Counted from the first letter of the stretch, positions 1 to 6,402 are shown. The stretch is 10,582 nt of DNA from IMGVR_UViG_3300033830_000020:1-10582, one strand, 5' to 3'. Translations and numbers: made by a program. The notes: generated from the sequence alone by a model not told the origin.

Positions 1-239
1 TTGCCAATAGTTATAGATTTTGTATTTCCAAAAGTTGAAAACCATATTTTAAATTTTATCATTTTATTAGCAATTTTAATATATCCAGTTATCGAATTAT
101 CAGATTTTGTATATAATATCAATTCTGCTTTTCTATTGAAAACAAAAGCATTTTCTAGAAGTTTTAGTATTTGATTGTCATCCATTTCTTCAATTTGTTT
201 TTTTATTTCTTCTTTTTTTGCTTCATATTTATTTAACAT
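1..239 (-). CDS. Hypothetical rudiviral protein, partial (runs off the left edge; MLNKYEAKKEEIKKQIEEMDDNQILKLLENAFVFNRKAELILYTKSDNSITGYIKIANKMIKFKIWFSTFGNTKSITIG...)
   Basis: Manually translated open frame from ATG at 239 to the window edge (79 codons, no stop). Preceded by the TATA+TGTCAT promoter motif at 264-283. Not in the ORF track. Confidence 0.75.
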   Translation of the reverse strand, partial: MLNKYEAKKEEIKKQIEEMDDNQILKLLENAFVFNRKAELILYTKSDNSITGYIKIANKMIKFKIWFSTFGNTKSITIG

Positions 240-263
240 GTTTTCACAATTGATATTGTACGT

Positions 264-283
264 TATGACAAATAAAAATATTT
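264..283 (-). promoter_or_regulatory. TATA+TGTCAT rudiviral promoter motif (AAATATTTTTATTTGTCATA on minus strand)
   Basis: 20-bp exact copy of 2673-2692. Lies about 25 nt upstream of ATG 239. GTC immediately downstream of the TATA box is a described feature of SIRV promoters. Confidence 0.75.
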
Positions 284-291
284 TTATTTTT

Positions 292-906
292 TCAAAATAA
301 GGAACCATAACATTTTGCTCTAAATTCACAGGCTTTGCATAGATAATTATTCGCTCCAGGTATAGTTTTATAATCTTGTAATTTCATAAATTCTTTAAAT
401 TTCTTAATCCAATCAATTGTTTTTTTCATATACTCGTCTAATACTTTTTTATTTATTTGGAATTGCTTAACTTCTTTATTTATTCTATTTAAATATATGA
501 TATAGACATTATCAATTTTATAGTTTTGCTGTTGTAATAAATAATAGTAAATTGAAACTTGATAAAGATGATACTCCTTTATATTAAAGTAATTACTTGT
601 AATGGTTTTTAGTTCTATAAGATCATTATTGCAAATTAAGTCAATCCTTCCAGAGATCTTAATTCCTTCAATTTCGCCTTTCACTTCAACTTCACTTTTA
701 CAGCCTAGTTTTTCGACAAAGTAATTTTCTATTCTCTCATGATGTTGTTCTCCTAAATCAAGACTAATTTCATTGATCCCTCGTTCAAATTCAAATTTTC
801 TACTCAGATAACTTTTTCTGAAACATATTCCAATTTCACTAGGAAATATTGTATCTTCTGGATATTTCATTTTAAAGCTTTGCTTTACAAATTCTTCATA
901 ATTCAT
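292..906 (-). CDS. cas4: Cas4-like (PD-(D/E)XK, RecB-family) ssDNA nuclease, SIRV2 gp19 (P207)-like
   Basis: N-terminal PSEIGIC Cys, GEQHH, GRIDL and IELKT nuclease motifs, QVSIY motif and C-terminal CxxCxxxxxC (four Cys for an Fe-S cluster). Last gene of the SSB-ATPase-nuclease operon. Confidence 0.93.
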   Translation of the reverse strand: MNYEEFVKQSFKMKYPEDTIFPSEIGICFRKSYLSRKFEFERGINEISLDLGEQHHERIENYFVEKLGCKSEVEVKGEIEGIKISGRIDLICNNDLIELKTITSNYFNIKEYHLYQVSIYYYLLQQQNYKIDNVYIIYLNRINKEVKQFQINKKVLDEYMKKTIDWIKKFKEFMKLQDYKTIPGANNYLCKACEFRAKCYGSLF

Positions 907-910
907 AATT

Positions 911-2218
911 TCACTCTCCTAAATTAAAAAATCTCATTAAATTTATTATTTTATTACAAACTTCTTCATTTTGTACTTTTCCAATTTGTAAATCAACATC
1001 TAATGCTTGCAATAAAATTTGGATATCAATACTTTGCTCTTGTCTTCTTGATTCTAAATTTTCACAATTTACATAATTATTGATACTATTTATCTTCTGC
1101 TGAATTAATTCAATTAAAGCTTTCAAAATTGAAGGATATAATACTTGAGCATTTATAATTTTATCATAAGTTTTTTTAATTGCAATTTGAATAATATGAA
1201 TTCTATCTAAAATTGCAGAAGTGAAAATTTCGTAATTTTGTAAATAATCTTCAACATCTGGAGCCGATAATCTACTAATTGTATAAGCGTAAGGATTGCC
1301 CGCGTAAATTATTGGAATACATTTTTGAATAGTAGCAGATTTTGACTCTGTTCCAGCTCCTCTAGTCCAAATACAATTTTCAATTCCAGTGCTTAGAGTT
1401 GAATTTATAGTATTTAATTCTTTTGCTGAAAATCCATTTTTCCAAGTTTGAATTTCATCAAAAATTAAGCCATTTGATAAAAATACAGCTCCATACATAT
1501 TATTTCTGGCATCATAGACTAAATTGGCATAAGTTGGAGGCTCAGTATAATAACGAAAATTGAAAACTTCTTGTAAAATCATAAAAGTTGTAGTTTTTCC
1601 AGTTCCTCTATTTGAAATTTCAATATAATTAATTTGGCGTTTAGTAATTGGAGATTTAAAAAGTGGAAATAGTCTCGGCAAAAATAAAAATATGTCAGTT
1701 GTATCCATTTTTGTTACATCATATCCAAAACTTTGAAGTAGAAGGGCATATGTTAGATGTTCCTGATTTGCTAAGTCAAATAATTCTTTTGCAATTTCAT
1801 AATTATTCGGCGGTTCAATTGAATAAATATCAGCTATATGCCAACCATTAATTCCTTTTCTAATTTTTACAAACATATAAGAAGTTATTAAGTTATAGAA
1901 ATCTTCAGGATTATCAGCTATAAGATGTGGGTCAAATTCACCAGTAAATCCATTTTGAAATTTTGCTATTACTGAATCATCTTTTACTTTGAAACTTGTA
2001 ATTTTCGAAATAAATTTTACTTCATCATTAAATAATAAATAGCTTTGAAAATATTGTTGATCAATTCCGCGTTTATAAGCTTTTAAAATTTCGATTTTTT
2101 TCCTTTCTTCAATCTGTTTTCCAGATAAAATAATGTTTAAAACTCTTTCTGTATCTCTCGGATTGTAAAAAAAAGAATGAGATTTGACTTTATCCAAAAA
2201 CTGAAAATCACTACTCAT
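911..2218 (-). CDS. AAA+ ATPase / ssDNA-annealing protein, SIRV2 gp18 (P436)-like
   Basis: Walker A variant SNRGTGKTT, Walker B LIFDE, sensor-like YAGN, arginine finger AILDR. 435 aa, between SSB and Cas4 as in rudiviruses. Confidence 0.9.
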   Translation of the reverse strand: MSSDFQFLDKVKSHSFFYNPRDTERVLNIILSGKQIEERKKIEILKAYKRGIDQQYFQSYLLFNDEVKFISKITSFKVKDDSVIAKFQNGFTGEFDPHLIADNPEDFYNLITSYMFVKIRKGINGWHIADIYSIEPPNNYEIAKELFDLANQEHLTYALLLQSFGYDVTKMDTTDIFLFLPRLFPLFKSPITKRQINYIEISNRGTGKTTTFMILQEVFNFRYYTEPPTYANLVYDARNNMYGAVFLSNGLIFDEIQTWKNGFSAKELNTINSTLSTGIENCIWTRGAGTESKSATIQKCIPIIYAGNPYAYTISRLSAPDVEDYLQNYEIFTSAILDRIHIIQIAIKKTYDKIINAQVLYPSILKALIELIQQKINSINNYVNCENLESRRQEQSIDIQILLQALDVDLQIGKVQNEEVCNKIINLMRFFNLGE

Positions 2219-2235
2219 AAAAAAAATGATAACTT

Positions 2236-2249
2236 ATGACGTTTTAAAA
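2236..2249 (-). promoter_or_regulatory. Internal TATA+GTCAT promoter (TTTTAAAACGTCAT) upstream of the ATPase gene
   Basis: Motif overlaps the SSB stop codon and sits about 18 nt upstream of ATG 2218, spacing typical of leaderless archaeal transcripts. Confidence 0.55.
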
Positions 2250-2645
2250 TTCATCTTCAACATTCTTTTTCTGTGCTTTTTTCTGTGTTTTTTGTTCTTT
2301 TTGTTTCTCTTCTTCTTCACTTAATTCCAATTCTTCAATCTGTGGAGCTGTATTATTTCTTCCAGTAAACTTTACATATTCATTTAGAATGTCAGCATAT
2401 TTTGTTAAAAACTCTGAGATTAATTTTAAATCTTCTGCATCATTAGCAGTTATTCCTAATTGCTTTCTGAAATTATTTTGACTATGAATGGTCATAGAAT
2501 ATCTTACTTTTCCATCCTGAGGCACAGCATTTAGTTGTATTACTAGTCTTTTTAATCCTTTTATTTTTAAAATTCTTGAAGTTATCTTATTTTGTTCTTT
2601 CGCTGTTTTACCTAATTCATCTATTATTTCTTTCAAACTTGCCAT
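2244..2645 (-). CDS. Single-stranded DNA-binding protein, SIRV2 gp17 (P131b)-like
   Basis: 133 aa, basic N-terminal domain (MASLKEIIDELGK...HSQNNFRKQLGIT) plus charged, low-complexity tail ending in acidic-aromatic VEDEF. First gene of the conserved operon. Confidence 0.85.
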   Translation of the reverse strand: MASLKEIIDELGKTAKEQNKITSRILKIKGLKRLVIQLNAVPQDGKVRYSMTIHSQNNFRKQLGITANDAEDLKLISEFLTKYADILNEYVKFTGRNNTAPQIEELELSEEEEKQKEQKTQKKAQKKNVEDEF

Positions 2646-2672
2646 TTTTGCTCCCGAATTAAAAGTTTGAGA

Positions 2673-2692
2673 TATGACAAATAAAAATATTT
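2673..2692 (-). promoter_or_regulatory. TATA+TGTCAT promoter of the SSB operon
   Basis: TATGACAAATAAAAATATTT on the + strand, identical to 264-283; about 28 nt upstream of ATG 2645. Confidence 0.75.
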
Positions 2693-2714
2693 GAGAATTT
2701 AATAGCTTAATATA

Positions 2715-2842
2715 TTCGGCACTGTGAGGTCAAACTCGAAACTTTTTAATTCGAAATTAAGGCCGAACGAGTGCAAATTCAAAATTGTAAGTTTGAAAGA
2801 TATAAAAATAGTTTCAAATTACAAATTTGAAATTAAGCACAT
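2715..2842 (-). ncRNA. Candidate structured non-coding RNA (or ssDNA structural element): two tandem related hairpins
   Basis: Inverted repeats TTCGGC 2715-20 / GCCGAA 2762-67 and GTGC 2771-74 / GCAC 2837-40 close two hairpins. Inner arms are duplicated (2731-43 ~ 2774-86; 2748-61 ~ 2824-37) with a compensatory G-C/A-T swap and G:U-compatible changes on the minus strand. TTTAAA at 2866-71 could be its TATA box. Confidence 0.45.
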
Positions 2843-2866
2843 AGGAAAAAAGAAATAAAAAAAGAT

Positions 2867-3139
2867 TTAAATTAACTTGAAGAATATAGATCTTATGATT
2901 TTTGAGATTTTGAGATTATATTTTTTTGCCAATTCTTCAAGTTTTTGATAGTATAGCTCATCAATTGTGAAAAAAACACGCTCATCATAGTTATCTGTAC
3001 TTTCTATTGGCTTAAATTCATCTTGATGGTTTAGAATTTTGTCAATTTCTTGTTTTATTAACTCTCTTTTTTCGTAAAAAAGAGATTTGTATCTTGAAGG
3101 AATTCTTAATTCGATATATTTGTTCTTTTGGCGCTTCAT
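2867..3139 (-). CDS. Ribbon-helix-helix DNA-binding protein with an extra N-terminal strand-helix unit (possibly AvtR-like architecture)
   Basis: C-terminal RHH pattern RVFFTIDELYYQKLEELAKKYNLKISKIIRSIF; N-terminal YIELRIPSRYK strand-helix. Divergent from rep with a shared promoter element. Confidence 0.65.
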   Translation of the reverse strand: MKRQKNKYIELRIPSRYKSLFYEKRELIKQEIDKILNHQDEFKPIESTDNYDERVFFTIDELYYQKLEELAKKYNLKISKIIRSIFFKLI

Positions 3140-3171
3140 ATATTTCTTTATTTTTATAAAATATATAAACG

Positions 3172-3193
3172 TGACATATACATTTAAATGTCA
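3172..3193. promoter_or_regulatory. Back-to-back bidirectional promoter TGACA-N12-TGTCA for the 90-aa RHH gene and rep
   Basis: TGACATATACATTTAAATGTCA reads TTTAAA+TGTCA on + (towards rep) and TGTATA+TGTCA on - (towards the RHH gene). Confidence 0.6.
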
Positions 3194-3210
3194 GATTTTT
3201 ACTTTTAGAT

Positions 3211-3555
3211 GTGATCTGTGAAAAAGTTTTCATTTATCATTTTCTTTATACTTACACGTATTTTGTTACTATTGCTACAAATTATCGCTATAACTCAACA
3301 ACAAAAATCTATAAAAAATTTCGGCAATATATCTATAATCATGATAAAAATTCTCATATATTTAGCGTAAAAGAGTATACAACTAAAATGCATGGACTTC
3401 ATTATCATGTTTTAGTTTTTACGAATAAAAGACTTAACTATTCCAGAGTTCATAAACGAATGCCAAAACATAGTGATATTAGAATAGAATTAGTTCCAAA
3501 AACAAAAAAAGATATAAAAAAAGTTTTAACTTATATGTTAAAAAATCAAAAATAA
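3211..3555 (+). CDS. rep: HUH-superfamily rolling-circle-type replication initiator, SIRV1 ORF119 / SIRV2 gp16-like
   Basis: Motif 1 FVTIAT, motif 2 GLHYHVL (HUH), motif 3 YMLK (catalytic Tyr). GTG start about 18 nt after the TGTCA motif; exact start uncertain. Confidence 0.92.
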   Translation: MICEKVFIYHFLYTYTYFVTIATNYRYNSTTKIYKKFRQYIYNHDKNSHIFSVKEYTTKMHGLHYHVLVFTNKRLNYSRVHKRMPKHSDIRIELVPKTKKDIKKVLTYMLKNQK

Positions 3556-3556
3556 A

Positions 3557-3856
3557 TTATTTACTTTGTTGTTGTTGTTGAGAGTTTTGGTTTTGTTCAG
3601 CTTTTTTCTGTGCTAATGCATTTACATCTCTTAATGTATCCATATTTAACAATGAATTAATTCCAAGAGTTGTAGTATCTTTAATACTTTCAACTGCTGA
3701 GATTGTAGATTTTGTCATTTGATCAATAGCTAATTGGAATGATTCATTTGTTTGTTTTTGATTGTAAAGATGTACAATTTCCCCAACTACATATGAACCT
3801 ATCAATACGCCCATTAGTACTAGAAATCCTTCTACTGCATATTGTATTGTTGACAT
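3557..3856 (-). CDS. pvap: Virus-associated pyramid protein (PVAP), SIRV2 P98 / STIV C92 family, virion egress
   Basis: N-terminal transmembrane helix followed by the family-typical GEIVHLYNQKQ...AIDQMTKST...IKDTT...LLNMDTLRDVN sequence. Confidence 0.92.
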   Translation of the reverse strand: MSTIQYAVEGFLVLMGVLIGSYVVGEIVHLYNQKQTNESFQLAIDQMTKSTISAVESIKDTTTLGINSLLNMDTLRDVNALAQKKAEQNQNSQQQQQSK

Positions 3857-3907
3857 TTCAATTCTGTTGTTTACAAATTACTTAATAATAAAGTTTGTGC
3901 AAAAATT

Positions 3908-3945
3908 CGAAATATATAAATTTGTCATAATGTATGTTTATAAAC
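3908..3945 (+). promoter_or_regulatory. Promoter of the svtR operon (BRE CGAAA, TATATAAA, TGTCAT) with GTTTATAAAC palindrome near the expected start site
   Basis: CGAAATATATAAATTTGTCAT at 3908-3928; perfect 10-bp palindrome at 3936-3945; RBS-like GAGGAG at 3947-3952. Confidence 0.65.
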
Positions 3946-3954
3946 TGAGGAGAA

Positions 3955-4116
3955 ATGGAGAAGACAGAAAAGAAAGAAAGAATTACTTTTGGTATACATA
4001 TAGATAAAGAGTTAAAGAAAAGACTAAAGATTTATTGTGTAAACAACAATATAACCATGACTGAAGCTATAGAGGAGGCATTAGAGGAATATTTACAAAA
4101 GAGGCAATCAAAATGA
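3955..4116 (+). CDS. svtR: SvtR-like ribbon-helix-helix repressor (53 aa: MEKTEKKERITFGIHIDKELKKRLKIYCVNNNITMTEAIEEALEEYLQKRQSK)
   Basis: Manual translation (below the ORF-track cutoff). FGIxxDKxLKxRLKxYCxxNNxxxTxAIEEAxxEYLQKR matches SIRV1 ORF56b/SvtR as I recall it. Has its own RBS and promoter. Confidence 0.88.
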   Translation: MEKTEKKERITFGIHIDKELKKRLKIYCVNNNITMTEAIEEALEEYLQKRQSK

Positions 4117-4289
4117 GAGTAATAAGTATAAAAATTCCAGAAAAACTCCTTGATGAACTCGATAATTATGCTATGAATCATAGATTTCATAGATCTGAAG
4201 TTGTTAGACTGGCAATTATAGAATTTCTAGATAATCATGCAAGAAACAAAGAAAATAATGAAGTTAGGGTTGAAAAAATTACGTTTTAA
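4113..4289 (+). CDS. CopG/MetJ-type RHH protein (58 aa: MRVISIKIPEKLLDELDNYAMNHRFHRSEVVRLAIIEFLDNHARNKENNEVRVEKITF), probably SIRV2 P59b-like
   Basis: Manual translation; ISIKIP strand and RSEVVRLAIIEFL helix; ATGA overlap with the svtR stop (translational coupling). Confidence 0.85.
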   Translation: MRVISIKIPEKLLDELDNYAMNHRFHRSEVVRLAIIEFLDNHARNKENNEVRVEKITF

Positions 4290-4326
4290 TAAAAAAAGTT
4301 ATCTTAAGTTATTAATTTTTTTTCTT

Positions 4327-4881
4327 TTAACTTTCATACATTGCTTTTACATTTTTTTCTTTTTGAGTTTCAAATTTTGGCAAAGTTACATTATTTTGTT
4401 TTTGATATTTTCCATGATATGGATTCTCAACAGGAGTCAAAGTTCTGGCAAAAATTAGATGTAAAAATCTTTGACCGCTTTGTAATTTTATTGGAAATTC
4501 CGAGCCTATTACTTCAATTGTAAGTTCTCCTTTGAATCCGGCATCTACAATAGTTGGCGGAATTGAAAGTCCTAATCTTGCGAAAGTTGATCTCAAATTC
4601 ACAAATGCCATTACATCATTTGGCAATTCTATATATTCCATAGTTGTCATCAAAAGATGTTCATGTGGATATATTATAATTTCGTTAGAGTTTATAATTT
4701 CATAAAAATCTTCTATTTTTTCTCCTGGTTCAAATATTCTTTGAGTTTTCTTCAATTTAGCAAATTGTGAGTCAATTCTCAAATCTATTCCATTTTCTCT
4801 TACTATTTCTTCCGAATATGGAACTATTTTTATCCATTCTTTTTCTAGATAGTATTTTAAATCACGGTCACTTAAGATCAT
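4327..4881 (-). CDS. dut: Trimeric dUTPase / dCTP deaminase-family enzyme
   Basis: MILSDRD start, [30 protein letters not shown] and PYHGKYQ motifs of the archaeal dCTP deaminase/dUTPase family; rudiviruses carry this gene near the capsid gene. Confidence 0.9.
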   Translation of the reverse strand: MILSDRDLKYYLEKEWIKIVPYSEEIVRENGIDLRIDSQFAKLKKTQRIFEPGEKIEDFYEIINSNEIIIYPHEHLLMTTMEYIELPNDVMAFVNLRSTFARLGLSIPPTIVDAGFKGELTIEVIGSEFPIKLQSGQRFLHLIFARTLTPVENPYHGKYQKQNNVTLPKFETQKEKNVKAMYES

Positions 4882-4899
4882 ATTTGTTCAAATCAAAAA

Positions 4900-4923
4900 G
4901 TCATGATATGACAAATATATTTT
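4900..4923 (-). promoter_or_regulatory. TATA+TGTCAT promoter of the dUTPase gene, with GTCAT-N3-ATGAC inverted repeat
   Basis: GTCATGATATGACAAATATATTTT on +; ATGAC at 4908-12 is about 27 nt upstream of ATG 4881. Confidence 0.65.
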
Positions 4924-4926
4924 TAT

Positions 4927-5169
4927 TTATCTCTTCTTTTTTAATCTTTCAATTTCTTGTTTAAGTTCATCAATTTCATCATAAATATCTACAAAGATAT
5001 CATAAATTGCTACATATATAATTGCAAAAATTCCAGATGCAAAAAATGTTGATATTATAACTATTGGCATATTTTTTACAAGAATTCCTAATGACATGAC
5101 TATTAAAGCTAAAGACATTAAAGCTAAAAAAATTAAGAAAACTATTATTTCACGAAATTCTCTTTCCAT
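4927..5169 (-). CDS. Small membrane protein (two hydrophobic helices plus C-terminal coiled coil)
   Basis: Hydrophobic residues about 8-56, then DEIDELKQEIERLKK heptads. TATA+TGTCA motif at 5197-5210, about 28 nt upstream. Confidence 0.75.
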   Translation of the reverse strand: MEREFREIIVFLIFLALMSLALIVMSLGILVKNMPIVIISTFFASGIFAIIYVAIYDIFVDIYDEIDELKQEIERLKKKR

Positions 5170-5181
5170 TTTTTCTCATCT

Positions 5182-5499
5182 TTATTTTTCGTTTTCTGAC
5201 AAATATATATCATCATTTTTTCTGCCACAAATTATTGTCAAATCAAAGAAATTTTTTACATATCTATAATTTACTCTTATATATTGCGGATATCTAAAAG
5301 TTTTTGTAATATAACTTACAATTCCGTTCAATCTTTTTATATAAAAATTATGTGGTACTGTTAATCTTATTTTTACCATTAATTCGTTACCATTATCTAT
5401 AACATTATAATAGTAAATACTTGTCGAATAAAAAGCGTTTAACCAATTCAAGACTTGATCTTTAAACTTTCTACATTCATATAATACAAACTGTTCCAT
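5182..5499 (-). CDS. Hypothetical protein (about 105 aa, MEQFVLYEC...)
   Basis: ORF track gives a non-ATG start at 5523. The ATG at 5499 lies 19 nt downstream of the TATTTAATTGTCA motif (5518-5530) and is the more likely start. Confidence 0.7.
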   Translation of the reverse strand: MEQFVLYECRKFKDQVLNWLNAFYSTSIYYYNVIDNGNELMVKIRLTVPHNFYIKRLNGIVSYITKTFRYPQYIRVNYRYVKNFFDLTIICGRKNDDIYLSENEK

Positions 5500-5616
5500 A
5501 ATTTTAATATAAATGACTGACAATTAAATAGCTTTTTAAAAAATTGAAGATAGTATATTAGATAGTTAGTAATTCCCAGAATTATCCCAATTTTTCAACT
5601 TACATTATAATCAGCT

Positions 5617-5639
5617 CATATACAAAATATTATGTATAT
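5617..5639. repeat. 23-bp near-palindrome CATATACAAAATATTATGTATAT, copy 1 (upstream of the capsid gene)
   Basis: Identical to 9024-9046; dyad symmetry about a central AATATT. Confidence 0.8.
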
Positions 5640-5700
5640 AGCTTTTGTCTTGAATTTTACGCCAATTTCAACAATTATTATTCATCATATTACATATACG

Positions 5701-5716
5701 GCGTGAAAATTTATAT
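5701..5716 (+). promoter_or_regulatory. Major capsid protein promoter (BRE GTGAAAA + TTTATAT)
   Basis: Canonical archaeal BRE/TATA about 32 nt upstream of ATG 5748; lacks the TGTCA element. Confidence 0.6.
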
Positions 5717-5747
5717 TGTAGAAATTAAAATTTTTAATTGACCAAAA

Positions 5748-6152
5748 ATGGCGAAAGGTCACACACCAAGATCATTTTCGCAAAGATACGCAAAGTGGCA
5801 AGCTAAGTTCACTTCATTTAGTAATCCAACAGTTTCTTCAACAATTTTAACTAATGTATCTCCAGTTGCACAACAAAATTTCCAAACTAATGTACCTAAA
5901 TTCACTTCAGTAAATGAACAAGTTTCAGCGGTTTTAACTCAATATGGAATTACTGGGCCTCAAAGAGCAATTTATCAAGGTTTCGGATTAAAAATTGCTA
6001 GAGCTTTAAATAGAATTGGATCAGGCCCGGCTTTAGTAAATATGATAAACGGTTTAAAAGCTTATTACATAAATGCCTTTAATGCAAATCCTACAGTATT
6101 AGACGCTGTAACTAATATAATCACCGGTTCACCAACTGGATACGTGAGCTAA
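5748..6152 (+). CDS. mcp: Rudivirus major capsid protein (SIRV2 P134/gp26 family)
   Basis: 134 aa, MAKGHTPRSFSQRYAKWQAKF...NIITGSPTGYVS, nearly identical to the SIRV coat protein as I recall it. Confidence 0.97.
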   Translation: MAKGHTPRSFSQRYAKWQAKFTSFSNPTVSSTILTNVSPVAQQNFQTNVPKFTSVNEQVSAVLTQYGITGPQRAIYQGFGLKIARALNRIGSGPALVNMINGLKAYYINAFNANPTVLDAVTNIITGSPTGYVS

Positions 6153-6171
6153 AAAGTTTAAAGCTATTCTA

Positions 6172-6192
6172 TTTTTTTATTTTTTCTATTTT
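6172..6192 (+). terminator. Oligo-T archaeal terminator after the capsid gene
   Basis: Consecutive T runs shortly after the stop codon, between convergent genes. Confidence 0.5.
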
Positions 6193-6227
6193 AGGATTTA
6201 AAATTTTAAAAAAATTACTTTTAACTT

Positions 6228-6398
6228 TTAGTCATCATCTTCAACTTTTGTTTCAATATATTCGTAAGTTTTTTTACTAATCCTTTTACAATCGCTTAAT
6301 TTTAAATTTTTATTATGTCTTTTTATATGGTTAATCATGCTATTTCTGTTTCTGCTTATGAATCCGCAAACTGGACATTCGTATAAAAACATTCCCAT
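6228..6398 (-). CDS. Small C2H2 zinc-finger protein (about 56 aa), SIRV2 P55-like
   Basis: YECPVCGF...MINHIKRH finger. The ATG at 6416 in the track lies within the promoter motif, so ATG 6398 (or 6392) is preferred. Position between capsid and glycosyltransferase matches SIRV order. Confidence 0.8.
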   Translation of the reverse strand: MGMFLYECPVCGFISRNRNSMINHIKRHNKNLKLSDCKRISKKTYEYIETKVEDDD

Positions 6399-6402
6399 AT
6401 GA

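Noticed and set aside
1-239. Left-edge ORF as a known anti-CRISPR protein
   Set aside because: No recognisable similarity to AcrID1, AcrIIIB1 or AcrIII-1 as I recall them; left as hypothetical.
1663-1851. 62-aa + strand ORF
   Set aside because: Antisense shadow within the ATPase gene, non-ATG start, no motifs.
3042-3233. 63-aa minus-strand ORF
   Set aside because: Overlaps the RHH gene, the bidirectional promoter and the rep start; no recognisable features.
3566-3580. (TTG)5 microsatellite
   Set aside because: Encodes the poly-Gln tail of PVAP; in-frame low-complexity sequence with no sign of phase variation.
4237-4964. Three + strand ORFs (4237-4458, 4341-4523, 4767-4964)
   Set aside because: Antisense to the dUTPase or overlapping the real 58-aa RHH gene; the Phe/Leu-rich composition is typical of reverse-strand translation of A-rich genes.
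2700-5610. Possible mini-CRISPR array or solitary repeat (TTTGAAAG at 2792-99; AATTCCCA/ATTATCCCA at 5571-89)
   Set aside because: Only short resemblances to Sulfolobales repeats; no full 24-25-nt repeat and no repeat-spacer periodicity.
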